Virus record (IMG/VR): IMGVR_UViG_3300035665_002234
Length of the DNA stretch: 64,000 bases
Reading direction: 5' to 3' (one strand)
From: an uncultured virus (IMG/VR IMGVR_UViG_3300035665_002234)
Taxonomy: Duplodnaviria > Heunggongvirae > Uroviricota > Caudoviricetes
Positions 1-10,467 of the stretch are shown here, piece by piece. The translations under genes were made by a program, and so were the position numbers. Position 1 is the first letter of the stretch. Every line of letters begins with the position of its first letter. The notes under the pieces are model-generated. The model was given only the letters and a program-made list of their open reading frames with translations, had not been told where the DNA came from and ran no database searches.

Positions 1-1042
1 ATGTTCCTGATGAACCACTTGTTCCACTTTCTCCTGAAGAACCTGAAGTTCCTGATGAACCACTTGTTCCGCTTTCTCCACTTGAACCTGAAGTTCCTGA
101 TGAACCACTTGTTCCGCTTTCTCCTGATGAACCACTTGTTCCACTTTCTCCTGAAGAACCTGATGTTCCACTTGAACCTGAAGTTCCTGATGAACCACTT
201 GTTCCGCTTTCTCCTGAAGAACCACTTGTTCCACTTTCTCCTGAAGAACCTGATGTTCCTGAAGAACCACTTGTTCCACTTTCTCCTGAAGAACCTGAAG
301 TTCCTGATGAACCATTTGTTCCACTTTCTCCTGAAGAACCTGATGTTCCTGAAGAACCACTTGTTCCACTTTCTCCACTTGAACCTGATGTTCCTGATGA
401 ACCACTTGTTCCGCTTTCTCCACTTGAACCTGACGTTCCACTAGTTCCTGATGAACCTGAAGAACCATCAACACCACTTATACCTGAACTACCTGAAGTT
501 CCTGATGAACCACTTGTTCCGCTTTCTCCTGAAGAACCTGAAGTTCCTGATGAACCACTTGTTCCGCTTTCTCCACTTGAACCTGATGTTCCTGATGAAC
601 CGCTTGTTCCACTTTCTCCACTTGAACCTGATGTTCCTGATGAACCACTTGTTCCGCTTTCTCCACTTGAACCTGATGTTCCTGATGAACCGCTTGTTCC
701 ACTTTCTCCACTTGAACCTGAAGTTCCTGAAGAACCACTTGTTCCGCTCTCCCCTGATGAACCGCTTGTACCACTTGAACCCGATGTTCCTGAACTACCT
801 GACGTACCGTCTGTACCGCTTGAACCCGATGTTCCCGAACTACCTGATGTACCATCTGTACCGCTTGAACCCGATGTTCCCGAACTACCTGATGTACCAT
901 CTGTACCGCTTGAACCCGATGTTCCACTTGAACCTGAAGACCCGTCTACACCACTAATACCTGAAGTACCACTAGTTCCCGATGAACCACTTGAACCATC
1001 AACACCGCTAATACCTGATGTTCCAGATGTTCCAGTACTACC
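1..1042 (-). repeat. Degenerate 9-bp-period tandem repeat encoding about 115 Gly-X-Ser/Asp triplets
   Basis: Recurring units such as gaaccacttgttcc and cctgatgttcctga; a 45-bp higher-order unit repeats about 3 times near 770-925. Confidence 0.95.
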
Positions 1043-1900
1043 AGTAATAGTTACCGTAATGTTTCCACTACCATCATTAACAACGGTTGCACCGCTAAAT
1101 GTCATACCTGTGACATTGGCTACTGTTGTCGTACCATCACTAACACTAAGTGGACTACCTCCACCACCTGATGTGAATCCTGAAACATTTACTGAAGAAC
1201 CATCACTATTATTTAAGGTAAGTGTACCTGTTCCACTATCGTATGTTCCACCTGTTACCGTACCTGTAAATCCTGTGATTGTAACTGTCCCACCAGTGTT
1301 GTTATATAAATCTAATGTAGTAGTACCTGAATTGTACGTACCACCTGTAATCTGAATATCAGTACCATAGAATACTCTCCAACGAGCATTTTCTCTCGTA
1401 TCATTATACCCTTCAATTGTTGACGCAGTCCATGCGTTAATAAAATCTTTACCGGCTTGAGAACGACTATTAACCGTTGTTGAATAGTCAGTTACTGTTT
1501 TTGCAGAATTTCCTGTAAGTCCCGATAAAGAATCCCATAAAAATTCATAATTAGGTATTACGTATTGATAAACAGTATCAGTTTCTTGGACATAAACTTG
1601 CATACCCAATCTTCTTCTACCTGAAGATATATTATCGGAATTTAAACTTATACCATCTGGCGAAAATGATGTTCCCGTCCCTTTTGTAAAATTAATTGGG
1701 ATTGTATTTGCCGACAATTGTATATTTGAAGGGTATGTTGTTGCAGTTAATATAAGTTCTAAATCCCTTAAATAATAAACCTCCATATAACCCCCAATAG
1801 TTAATACCGAAAAATTAGTACCAAATGTCGAGGTTCTTGCAACACTTTCACTACCACTTAATTGTGCTGATGATAAAGGGTTTTTATATTCAAATGCCAT
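1..1900 (-). CDS. Collagen-like (Gly-X-Ser)n fibre protein, 3' end runs off the window
   Basis: Not in the ORF track. ATG at 1900 reads MAFEYKNPLSSAQLSG...RRLGMQVYVQETDTVYQ...; the frame is open wherever translated and becomes GSS/GTS/GES/GTD triplets from about 1042 to the window edge. Confidence 0.85.
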   Translation of the reverse strand, partial: MAFEYKNPLSSAQLSGSESVARTSTFGTNFSVLTIGGYMEVYYLRDLELILTATTYPSNIQLSANTIPINFTKGTGTSFSPDGISLNSDNISSGRRRLGMQVYVQETDTVYQYVIPNYEFLWDSLSGLTGNSAKTVTDYSTTVNSRSQAGKDFINAWTASTIEGYNDTRENARWRVFYGTDIQITGGTYNSGTTTLDLYNNTGGTVTITGFTGTVTGGTYDSGTGTLTLNNSDGSSVNVSGFTSGGGGSPLSVSDGTTTVANVTGMTFSGATVVNDGSGNITVTITGSTGTSGTSGISGVDGSSGSSGTSGTSGISGVDGSSGSSGTSGSSGTDGTSGSSGTSGSSGTDGTSGSSGTSGSSGTDGTSGSSGTSGSSGTSGSSGESGTSGSSGTSGSSGESGTSGSSGTSGSSGESGTSGSSGTSGSSGESGTSGSSGTSGSSGESGTSGSSGTSGSSGESGTSGSSGTSGSSGISGVDGSSGSSGTSGTSGSSGESGTSGSSGTSGSSGESGTSGSSGTSGSSGESGTNGSSGTSGSSGESGTSGSSGTSGSSGESGTSGSSGESGTSGSSGTSGSSGTSGSSGESGTSGSSGESGTSGSSGTSGSSGESGTSGSSGTSGSSGESGTSGSSGT

Positions 1901-1931
1901 ATTTCAATTTAATTATTATTCAATTTTATTC

Positions 1932-3257
1932 TTAAGATTTAGTATCCCCCTTAATCCATAAAGTCGCACCTAATGGTGGTGTTGTTGGTACAAAATAAAG
2001 TTCATTCATCCACAATATTCTATAAACTCCCGCAGGAATAACACATCCACCAGGCACTGTCACATTTATTGACGCATTTCCTGCGTCAGGTATACCATTA
2101 TCAATGATTCCAACCGAACAAGCAGCTCCTGTACCAACATCTAATGTCATATTGTTCATGGTACCTCCCACACCATTCAATGGTACCCAAACAGTATAAA
2201 CATATTGTTCTGTAGGATTAACCATTGTTGTTGTAATACCAATACTACCAAATGTGTATTGATTTTGAGAACAACCTTGTGAATCAACCCCTGTACCTGA
2301 AGCCTGTCTGATTGAATTTTTAATTGTACCAACATTGGTTATAAAATTACCACTTGAACCTGACCATCCAGGATATTGAGCATAGATTGCCATGTCAGCA
2401 GCATATGTTGCCCCACCTGCGGGTCCACTACTATTATTAGTAAATCCATTGTAGTTACCACCAGCGTTACTTGTCCATAAACCTATATCACCTTGTGATG
2501 TTGAATCTTGTGGTTCAGGGAAAATGTATGCACTAAATGGAACATTAGTCGGTGTTGGTGTTTGTGTTAATGTTGGTGTATTAGTTGGTGTTTCTGTATT
2601 AGTTGGTGTAGGTGTTGCAGTATTACTTGCCGTATTAGTCGGTGTTTGAGTATTAGTTGGTGTTTGGGTTGGTGTTGCAGTGTTAGTTGGTGTATTTGTT
2701 GGTGTTACAGTTGGTGTTTTAGTATTTGTAGGTGTTTGAGTATTTGTAGGTGTTTGTGTTATAGTGTTAGTTGGTGTTACAGTTGGTGTTTGAGTATTAG
2801 TTGGTGTAACACTTGGTGTAGGCGTTGTAGTATTAGTTGGTGTTTGTGTTTGAGTATTAGTAGGTGTATTAGTATTTGTTGGTGTTACACTCGGTGTCTG
2901 AGTGTTAGTTGGTGTTATTGTTGGTGTAGGACTTGGTGTTGTGGTAACTCCAGTCATTGGGTCAGTAGGAGTTGGTGTTGGTGTAACTGTTGGTGTTGGT
3001 GTTGGTGTACATCCCGCACCTGAATCTGATAACGTTAATACAACACCATAAATCATTTCGGTCCTTGTAACTCCAGTATATACAGCAGTAGTTCCTGTAG
3101 AACCAACATAAATATCAAATGGACCAACAGCATTGTTAATACCATCAAACCTAACAATAATGTTCTGATTACAACCTGTAATGGTGTATTGATTAGTTAC
3201 CGCATTAAGACATCCACTAGCCTCATTAACTACGATAATATCATAAATTTGCCCCAT
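1932..3257 (-). CDS. Putative virion fibre/decoration protein with long Thr-Pro-Asn mucin-like linker
   Basis: 441 aa ORF with about 150 aa of TPTNT/TPTPT repeats between two beta-rich domains; TATTTAT motif upstream. Confidence 0.75.
   Translation of the reverse strand: MGQIYDIIVVNEASGCLNAVTNQYTITGCNQNIIVRFDGINNAVGPFDIYVGSTGTTAVYTGVTRTEMIYGVVLTLSDSGAGCTPTPTPTVTPTPTPTDPMTGVTTTPSPTPTITPTNTQTPSVTPTNTNTPTNTQTQTPTNTTTPTPSVTPTNTQTPTVTPTNTITQTPTNTQTPTNTKTPTVTPTNTPTNTATPTQTPTNTQTPTNTASNTATPTPTNTETPTNTPTLTQTPTPTNVPFSAYIFPEPQDSTSQGDIGLWTSNAGGNYNGFTNNSSGPAGGATYAADMAIYAQYPGWSGSSGNFITNVGTIKNSIRQASGTGVDSQGCSQNQYTFGSIGITTTMVNPTEQYVYTVWVPLNGVGGTMNNMTLDVGTGAACSVGIIDNGIPDAGNASINVTVPGGCVIPAGVYRILWMNELYFVPTTPPLGATLWIKGDTKS
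2548..3010 (-). repeat. Pro/Thr low-complexity coding repeat (TPTNTQTPT...)
   Basis: Recurrent gttggtgt and tattagttggtg units. Confidence 0.9.
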
Positions 3258-3329
3258 TCTATTATTTTATTTCTTAATAAATACAATGACATTGTAGTTT
3301 ATAAAATAATATTTTTTTTTTCTATAAAC

Positions 3330-3650
3330 TTAAATTACAATTGTATCAAAAATACAATCAGGATTGTCCAAGGCAATTGTAAAAATACAATCACTTGCAA
3401 CGATTTGAATTGTAAATCCGCAACCATATCTACATTCAAGAATTTTAAATTTTGAACACCCATTAGCGTCAGTTATTTTTAACATGATTGCAGGCGCATT
3501 ATCAAATATTGTGGGAAGATAAAAATTTTCAGTAGGTGGAACCGCTCCACTAATTGTTCCAACAAAATATTCATTATTACCATAAACATCAGAAACATAC
3601 ACCTGATATGGTGATGTACCTGTTATTGATATGATTTCTATCATTGCCAT
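3330..3650 (-). CDS. Small Cys-containing structural protein, single SprB-like beta repeat
   Basis: ITGTSPYQVYV...KITDANGCS resembles the repeats of the upstream 959 aa protein. Confidence 0.55.
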   Translation of the reverse strand: MAMIEIISITGTSPYQVYVSDVYGNNEYFVGTISGAVPPTENFYLPTIFDNAPAIMLKITDANGCSKFKILECRYGCGFTIQIVASDCIFTIALDNPDCIFDTIVI

Positions 3651-3651
3651 A

Positions 3652-6531
3652 TTAACTCACACAATTAATATCATATTGGATTATTAGGTCAATTACAATT
3701 TGTTGATTTGCCAATCCACCTTCTGTAGATATTGTTACCACACTTGTTGTAGTATCTATCGTAACACTACTAACACCGGGTATTGATAATAAAATTGTTT
3801 CAACCGCATCGTACCATTGTTGATTGGTTGGAATATCTAATAATGTTGTACCCGTATAAAAAGAATCTGTATATGTCACTCCACTAACCTCTACTTGAGC
3901 AACAAAAGTTGCTGCACTTAATAAACAATTGGTGTGTCCAGATATAATATCATAATAACCTTCATTTAACATTTGAAGAATACCTCTCTCTGTTCCCGAA
4001 GTATATTGAAATTCTTTTTCACACATTGTGTAAATTTGATATGTTGATTCAATTGCCGTACAACTTATAATAGTACTCCTTGTTTGAACACATCCATTAT
4101 CATCAACAATTGTTAAACTGTAAGTTCCACCCGTAAGACCTGTTACCGTTATATTTTGTGGATTACCACTAATATTATTGGACCAAGTAAATGTAAAAGG
4201 TGGTGTACCTGAACTAATTAATGCCGTTATTGTACCACCTGAACCAGTTCCACAACTTGTTGGATATAAAGAATATTGTAATGGTGTACCGTATGATACG
4301 GTAACATTTCCTGTTTGAACACAACCTGTTGTGTCAGTCACAGTATAACCATAGGTACCAGTTCCCAATCCATCAAAGGTTGCCGCACTAAAACTAGTGT
4401 TAACCGACTGACCATTACTTAATTGGTAGGTATATGGTGCCGTACCACCTGTTGATAATGTGAGTGTAACAGTACCGTTATTTAAATTACAAGTTGAACC
4501 TGAACTTGATGTTGTTACAGTGTAAAGATTTTGGGCAATAATAGTTATTTCTTGTTGATATAAACAACTAGTACTATCAGAAACATAAACAGTATAAGTT
4601 CCACTTTCTAAATTAACAAAATCATAAGCAGTTGAGTTTGAAACTGCATTGACTACTGATGAATCGGGATAAACTAAAGTATATGTGTATGGAATTTCAC
4701 CACCGTCTAAAGTAATTGATATTTTACCATCACTACTACTACATGTAGAGTTAGTTTGAGTAACAGATAAACTATTAAAAGTGTTTGGCGTTTGTAAAAC
4801 TGTTGAAAATGTTGCTTTACATAAAGCAGCATCAGTAATATCCACCGAGAATGGTCCTGAAGATAATCCCGAAAAAACATATGATGTTGCATAGGTAATT
4901 GCAACTGTACCATTTGAACCCGAATAATAGTAAGGTCCAGTTCCTCCAGTTATAGTTAACGTAAGTGAACCATCGGCAACAAAACAAGAAGGTGTAACCG
5001 CAGTCCATGAACCTAACCCAATACTTGGGACAAAATCTACTGTGGCCACTTGTGATAATACACAACCATCCGATGAAGTTACTGTAACCCCATAACCGCC
5101 AGCAGTAAGACCCGTAATAGTATCACCTGTAACACCATTAGACCATTCATAAGTAAACGGAGCATTACCCGTAACTCCTGTAACATAAACTTTTCCTGTT
5201 GGACTAGCACATTGAGTATCATTTACAATATAAAATCCGTAATCAAGCGTATTAGATGAATAGATTATACACGTTTCAGAAGTTCCTGAACAACCAGCAC
5301 AATCAACAGCTGTTACTGAATAAGTTCCAGCGGATAAATTATTAAAAGTTCCAATATTTGTTGAACTTGTTTGTGAATCAACAAATCCATAAGCGGAATA
5401 TAAATAATAATTGATAACATCACAACTTGATGTTGCGGTTACCGTCAATGAACCATTATCTAAACCACATGTTGTTGCAACTTCAGTTTGAAATCCAATT
5501 GTCAACCCCGAACCAATAACAACGTTAATATAAAATTCGTTATTTGTAGGTGCTGTAGAGTCATTTGCTCTAACATAGTAAGTTCCCGCAGGTAAATTTG
5601 TTTTGTAATCACCCGTACCTAAGTTTGGATAATACCAATCAAAAGTATATGGTGGTGTTCCCCCACTAGCCGTAATCAATGCCGAACCCAACCCTGTTTC
5701 ACAAGCACCCGTAACTGTTAGGGTATATGCAAATGTATTACCATTATTATATGGTGATGATGATGGTGTTGGAGTTGGTGGTAGTTCCGTTGGCGTAATT
5801 GTTGGTGTTGGCGTAATTGTTGGTGTTGGCGTAATTGTTGGTGTTGGCGTAATTGTTGGTGTTGGTGTTGGAGTTGGTGGTAGTTCCGTTGGCGTAATTG
5901 TTGGTGTTGGCGTAATTGTTGGTGTTGGTGTTGGAGTTGGTGGTAGTTCCGTTGGCGTAATTGTTGGTGTTGGCGTAATTGTTGGTGTTGGTGTTGGAGT
6001 TGTTGGGCAAGGCGAATATGTTTCACAATCGGGACAATCTGAAAATGTTGATAGATAACTAAAAACACAATTATTGTCGGTATATATTGTTGACCCTGTG
6101 TATCCAGTAATTACTGTTGCACAACCATTAAAAGTTCCACCAGTTCCAACATAGTTAAGGAACATTGTTGTACCATTAACATAATCGGAACCTAATTCAA
6201 TATCACCACGTCTGAAACTAAATGTTGAACCATCGCAACATGCCGAAAATGTGTAAAACAAATTGTATGGGTACATATTGGTGTTAACTGACGGACATCC
6301 TGTTGACGAATTACAAGCACCACCAGCATTTGTCGCGTCAGGTGATAGGTATGTTGAACTCGGAATACCACCAGCACTTGAAATATAAGCATAACACGCA
6401 CCATCACCGCTATAAATAACATAGCTTTGGTTTACAGTCCATCCACTCGCATCATCAATAGTAAATGTTTTATAAATTGTATCTCCTGTATAATTGAAAC
6501 AATTTTGAAATAATTTATCTACTAACGCCAT
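3652..6531 (-). CDS. Fibre/adhesin-like protein: Cys-rich N-terminus, PT linker, tandem SprB-like repeats, C-terminal domain shared with the neighbouring gene
   Basis: 959 aa; repeated (S/T)GGTxPYTYxW...GxYxVTVTDxxGC motifs typical of SprB repeats. Confidence 0.75.
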   Translation of the reverse strand: MALVDKLFQNCFNYTGDTIYKTFTIDDASGWTVNQSYVIYSGDGACYAYISSAGGIPSSTYLSPDATNAGGACNSSTGCPSVNTNMYPYNLFYTFSACCDGSTFSFRRGDIELGSDYVNGTTMFLNYVGTGGTFNGCATVITGYTGSTIYTDNNCVFSYLSTFSDCPDCETYSPCPTTPTPTPTITPTPTITPTELPPTPTPTPTITPTPTITPTELPPTPTPTPTITPTPTITPTPTITPTPTITPTELPPTPTPSSSPYNNGNTFAYTLTVTGACETGLGSALITASGGTPPYTFDWYYPNLGTGDYKTNLPAGTYYVRANDSTAPTNNEFYINVVIGSGLTIGFQTEVATTCGLDNGSLTVTATSSCDVINYYLYSAYGFVDSQTSSTNIGTFNNLSAGTYSVTAVDCAGCSGTSETCIIYSSNTLDYGFYIVNDTQCASPTGKVYVTGVTGNAPFTYEWSNGVTGDTITGLTAGGYGVTVTSSDGCVLSQVATVDFVPSIGLGSWTAVTPSCFVADGSLTLTITGGTGPYYYSGSNGTVAITYATSYVFSGLSSGPFSVDITDAALCKATFSTVLQTPNTFNSLSVTQTNSTCSSSDGKISITLDGGEIPYTYTLVYPDSSVVNAVSNSTAYDFVNLESGTYTVYVSDSTSCLYQQEITIIAQNLYTVTTSSSGSTCNLNNGTVTLTLSTGGTAPYTYQLSNGQSVNTSFSAATFDGLGTGTYGYTVTDTTGCVQTGNVTVSYGTPLQYSLYPTSCGTGSGGTITALISSGTPPFTFTWSNNISGNPQNITVTGLTGGTYSLTIVDDNGCVQTRSTIISCTAIESTYQIYTMCEKEFQYTSGTERGILQMLNEGYYDIISGHTNCLLSAATFVAQVEVSGVTYTDSFYTGTTLLDIPTNQQWYDAVETILLSIPGVSSVTIDTTTSVVTISTEGGLANQQIVIDLIIQYDINCVS
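5762..6005 (-). repeat. Near-perfect 63-bp and 18-bp tandem repeats encoding [21 protein letters not shown]
   Basis: Identical units gttggcgtaattgttggt and ggagttggtggtagttcc recur. Confidence 0.95.
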
Positions 6532-6558
6532 AACTATTAAATATTATTATAAGGTAGT

Positions 6559-9516
6559 TTACTGACAACTAATGTCTATATTAACCCCCACGTTTATTTG
6601 TAAAGTAATTGGTTCTGAACTTGAAGCACATGTCAAGTTATATATTGTAACCTCATTACCGTTCACATAAAAGAAATAACCATAATTAACTAATTGTTGT
6701 AAATTTAAAATAAGTGCTGTCTTCCATTGGTTATTTGTTGGGACTTGTCCTGTTCCATAACCATCAAAAAATTTATTTTGTATTACAGTTGTACCATCAA
6801 TCTTAACATCAACATACCATTGTGAATACAATGAGTTTGCGTTACAATCTGAAAGGAGATAACCTTGTGTATCTAAGTAATTATATAATACGTTATATAG
6901 TATTTCTGAGAATGACGTAACATCACCAGGATTTGCTCCAATCCAAGGGTATATTGAACATGTTGCACTTTGTTTGGTACAATCAAAAGAGAATAGTTGA
7001 CTTGTTACTAAACATGGGTCATTTTCAATTGGTACTAATTGACAACCTCTTTGTCTTCTATAAACATATTTTTGTCTTTGTAATGCCGAGTTTTCTAAAC
7101 GGGTACCAGTATTCCATATTGTAGAGGCTGGAATCATTTGTTGTGTTAATCTAATCCAATATGGACCAAGACCATCAACATACTCAATTAATTTTTGATA
7201 TGTAAAATTATCATTTGGAATTCCAACATTTTCTTCAGAAAGAAGGTAATTGTAAAAAATATTTAATAGTGTTGGATATCCACCTGTTTTACCATCTGTT
7301 GAATACCACCTATCTCTAATATTAATTGTATTGTTAACAAATGTTTGAGCAAATTCAAAAAATGTTTTTTTGTTTGCTTCAGGATTAATATATGTCCAAT
7401 CATACGTTCCTAAACTTGGGTATGGCGATGTCATTCCTGCATTAGGAATTGGGTAATTATAATTCTTGGACATTGACCAAACATTATAAAGAATACCTTG
7501 ACCAGGGTTCATAAACAAATCAACATTTTTGGCATTAAGAACTAATCTGTCATCTGAAACCACGTAATACGCATTGTACCCCGATTCAACACTAACTCTG
7601 AATGTTGGTGGTTGCCAACTTTTTTTATTGTCAGGAACAAGTTTCAAGTTATAACCCAAATTCATATATGGGAAATTTCTGAATCTATCAAAATATTCTT
7701 GTCCGTAAGTAAAAGGTTGTAATGTTGTTTGAACATTTGGGCTATTACCTGTAAAAACCGATGTGGTTTGATTTACAATTTGTGGACTTCTGTGTTGTGG
7801 TGTTGATTCAAACCATCCTGCACCTTTTTCAAAATAATAATCAGAAGTTTCAATTGGTGCTCTTGGATAACCAAATTCATCAACGGGATAATCATCAATT
7901 GTTTCACCCACAAAAAAAGTTTGTGTTGATGATGTAAATGCTGTGTATGTTTGACCGTAAATTGAAAAGGTATTACCCGTTGCTAACGCTGTTGTATTTT
8001 CAATATATGTACCGCCAGTAATTTGAGCGTACTGCTCACCAAATTGTCTCATATTGATTCTTTGGTCGGCAACATAAACGTGTTCATTAAATTCAACCAA
8101 CGCTTCAGGAGCTCCAACCAATCTTAATGTAAACTCAACTGAACGTCTCGTACCTTTGGATTTAAAAAGATATGCTGAGTTTAATATTAAGTTTCTATAA
8201 AATTGATAATTTAATTCTGAAGGTGTAAGTTCTCTTGAAAAACCAGCGTATTGTGTAACACCTGTTGACGAGTATACCGAATCTAAAAAGTTTTCATTTG
8301 TAATTGGTGATATGTTTGTACTCCATCCTAATGTTTGTGCTAAATTTTTCAATAACATTGATGGTATATCATTCCCTGGCGTGTAGTTAACAGAATTCAT
8401 GTACGCTAAGGCATCAATGAATTGTTTTACTTGGTCAAAACTTCTTCCGTATATTTGTAATACTTTAGCAACTCTATGGTCTGGCGTGTCAAATTCTAAA
8501 AATGATTCTGTTGTTAAGAAACGGGTAATTAAGTTTGTCTTGAATGAATCAAAATTAATTGCGATTTCATTTAACTTTTCAAGATAGGTCGTAAATAATG
8601 GAGTTCTAATATCTAAATTCCAAAGACCGTCTTTAGGCCAAGTTAATGTAGATGTTTGTATTGATACAACACCAGAATCAGTTTCAACAGGAACATTAAA
8701 TGTTGCCGTATATGGTGGTGTCGCCAATCTATTTAATAAAAACTTTTCAACCTCATCAAAATCTTCCGAAAATCCTTTTTCAGTATAATATGTGTTTGGT
8801 TTAATATAGATTGAATCTACCGTTGATGTAACACTAATGAATGGTTGTCCAGTAACGATAATTTTAAGATTACCTGAATATAAACTATCTGTTGGGTCTA
8901 AATCAATAATTGGGTATTCATTACCATTTACAAACAAACTATAATCTCGGTATCTATTTGTTAAATCCCTAATTGGTGAAAATTGTTGTTCTCTATTTTG
9001 AAGATTAATTATAGAATTAACAGAATAATCAATGTTGAATGGGTTTTTAATCCTTGTTGCATCAATCGTAAATTCAGTTTCATTTGGTACAGGACTATAT
9101 ACGATATTTTCCGCAGTTAATCCTGATGTGAAATCATAATAGATTGCATCAACTTCAATTGCCGCAGGAAAGAAGTTTAATATTTTTTGTATTGATACTT
9201 CAAATCTTTTTTGTAACGAACCAAATATTGTAAAATTAGTTACAACTGATAAATCATAATTTGGATAAACTCTATATTCCTTTGCTAATAACTCTCTTGA
9301 AGCATTTATTGAATCTAAATCTAAATCTTGTAGAGAAACAGGATTTTGAAACGTTCCAATGTTAAATGTTCTATTTGTTTTTTCTGAAAGTCCTAAATCA
9401 AATTCAAAATTTCCTTGTGTCAATCCACCACCTTGCACAGTCTGTAACCCTACGATATTATCAAAGGGAGTTCCGGCACCTGAAGCCGCTGTGTTAGGTA
9501 TGAATGTTTTAGCCAT
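6559..9516 (-). CDS. Baseplate wedge-like structural protein (possibly gp7/P2 gpI-like)
   Basis: 985 aa; LKNLAQTLGW...YLFKSKGTRRSVEFTLRLVG resembles the tail protein I KGT motif; lies in the baseplate cluster. Confidence 0.55.
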   Translation of the reverse strand: MAKTFIPNTAASGAGTPFDNIVGLQTVQGGGLTQGNFEFDLGLSEKTNRTFNIGTFQNPVSLQDLDLDSINASRELLAKEYRVYPNYDLSVVTNFTIFGSLQKRFEVSIQKILNFFPAAIEVDAIYYDFTSGLTAENIVYSPVPNETEFTIDATRIKNPFNIDYSVNSIINLQNREQQFSPIRDLTNRYRDYSLFVNGNEYPIIDLDPTDSLYSGNLKIIVTGQPFISVTSTVDSIYIKPNTYYTEKGFSEDFDEVEKFLLNRLATPPYTATFNVPVETDSGVVSIQTSTLTWPKDGLWNLDIRTPLFTTYLEKLNEIAINFDSFKTNLITRFLTTESFLEFDTPDHRVAKVLQIYGRSFDQVKQFIDALAYMNSVNYTPGNDIPSMLLKNLAQTLGWSTNISPITNENFLDSVYSSTGVTQYAGFSRELTPSELNYQFYRNLILNSAYLFKSKGTRRSVEFTLRLVGAPEALVEFNEHVYVADQRINMRQFGEQYAQITGGTYIENTTALATGNTFSIYGQTYTAFTSSTQTFFVGETIDDYPVDEFGYPRAPIETSDYYFEKGAGWFESTPQHRSPQIVNQTTSVFTGNSPNVQTTLQPFTYGQEYFDRFRNFPYMNLGYNLKLVPDNKKSWQPPTFRVSVESGYNAYYVVSDDRLVLNAKNVDLFMNPGQGILYNVWSMSKNYNYPIPNAGMTSPYPSLGTYDWTYINPEANKKTFFEFAQTFVNNTINIRDRWYSTDGKTGGYPTLLNIFYNYLLSEENVGIPNDNFTYQKLIEYVDGLGPYWIRLTQQMIPASTIWNTGTRLENSALQRQKYVYRRQRGCQLVPIENDPCLVTSQLFSFDCTKQSATCSIYPWIGANPGDVTSFSEILYNVLYNYLDTQGYLLSDCNANSLYSQWYVDVKIDGTTVIQNKFFDGYGTGQVPTNNQWKTALILNLQQLVNYGYFFYVNGNEVTIYNLTCASSSEPITLQINVGVNIDISCQ

Positions 9517-10424
9517 TATTGAGCTGTAATATTTTGATAACTTTTACTGAAGTCAATATTAGTACCTCTATTATCTTTAACCTCATACAACAAGTTATTA
9601 AAGTCATCTTTAATTTCATACAAGTTAAATTGTTGATAGATGTTGTTTTGAGCATCATAGATAGTGTAGATACCATCCTCCATAGATTTAGTTTGATTAC
9701 CATAAAGAGCAATACCCAATGTATCAATGTCATATTCAGAAACTTGAACCTCTAACATTAATGGATTGAAGTAAGTATTTGATAATACAATACTCTGAGC
9801 TGGTTGTCCAATATATGGTGTGGCGTTTGGTTTGTTTGTTGGTGATGAACTTGGTGATAAAGTACAAAACACCAAATTAGTTTGACCTTCAGTATATCTA
9901 TATCTAACAGCCTTTTGTAAAGTATTAGTTAAATTTTGAATAACAGGCTCACAATAAAAATTTGAAGTAACAATCCTAAAGAAGTTAGGTATTTTACTAC
10001 CATCAGAGTTTAAATATTCAATTCTAAATCCAACAAGTCCTTGAGCAACAAATTTATTAACATATTGACTTGGTACGTTACTTAAATCAATTACAATTCC
10101 TTTAACGTTTGGTAATGCTGATAACACACCACAATCAGTAATACTTGTTCTAATTTCCGCTGGTCTTATATAAAGAGTGTAGATACCTAATTGAGTGAAT
10201 GTTTCTGCAGGTAATCTAAGATTGTATAAACCACCCAAGATTTCATTTGAGTTTCCGCCAGTTGCAGCATTATTAAAATAAGGTCTTAATATTGTTGTTG
10301 CATCCAAAGTGGTTAGAACAAAATTGTCCGTTACATCTCTTGATGGTGTATAATTCATGACGATACTTACGTCTTCGGGTGATACATCTGCCGGTCTTAT
10401 TGTACCATAGGTTCCTGTAGCCAT
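9516..10424 (-). CDS. Hypothetical structural protein
   Basis: 302 aa ORF; TATTTAT upstream; translationally coupled to the next gene. Confidence 0.6.
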   Translation of the reverse strand: MATGTYGTIRPADVSPEDVSIVMNYTPSRDVTDNFVLTTLDATTILRPYFNNAATGGNSNEILGGLYNLRLPAETFTQLGIYTLYIRPAEIRTSITDCGVLSALPNVKGIVIDLSNVPSQYVNKFVAQGLVGFRIEYLNSDGSKIPNFFRIVTSNFYCEPVIQNLTNTLQKAVRYRYTEGQTNLVFCTLSPSSSPTNKPNATPYIGQPAQSIVLSNTYFNPLMLEVQVSEYDIDTLGIALYGNQTKSMEDGIYTIYDAQNNIYQQFNLYEIKDDFNNLLYEVKDNRGTNIDFSKSYQNITAQ

Positions 10425-10467
10425 TTTTTTATTTTATCTATTAGTAATAAATACCATTTTTATTTTT

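Noticed and set aside
1..1042. Possible CRISPR array or non-coding repeat
   Set aside because: No unique spacers; strict 9-bp periodicity with synonymous variation indicates protein coding.
1..1355. ORF-track entries 1..444, 451..957, 478..927 and 1059..1355
   Set aside because: Shadow frames of the real minus-strand gene starting at 1900; they lack stops because of the repeat.
2646..6068. Trp/Cys-rich, Gln/His-rich and Asn/Thr-rich ORFs (2646..3023, 5718..6068, 5747..6010)
   Set aside because: Alternative frames of the Pro/Thr repeats.
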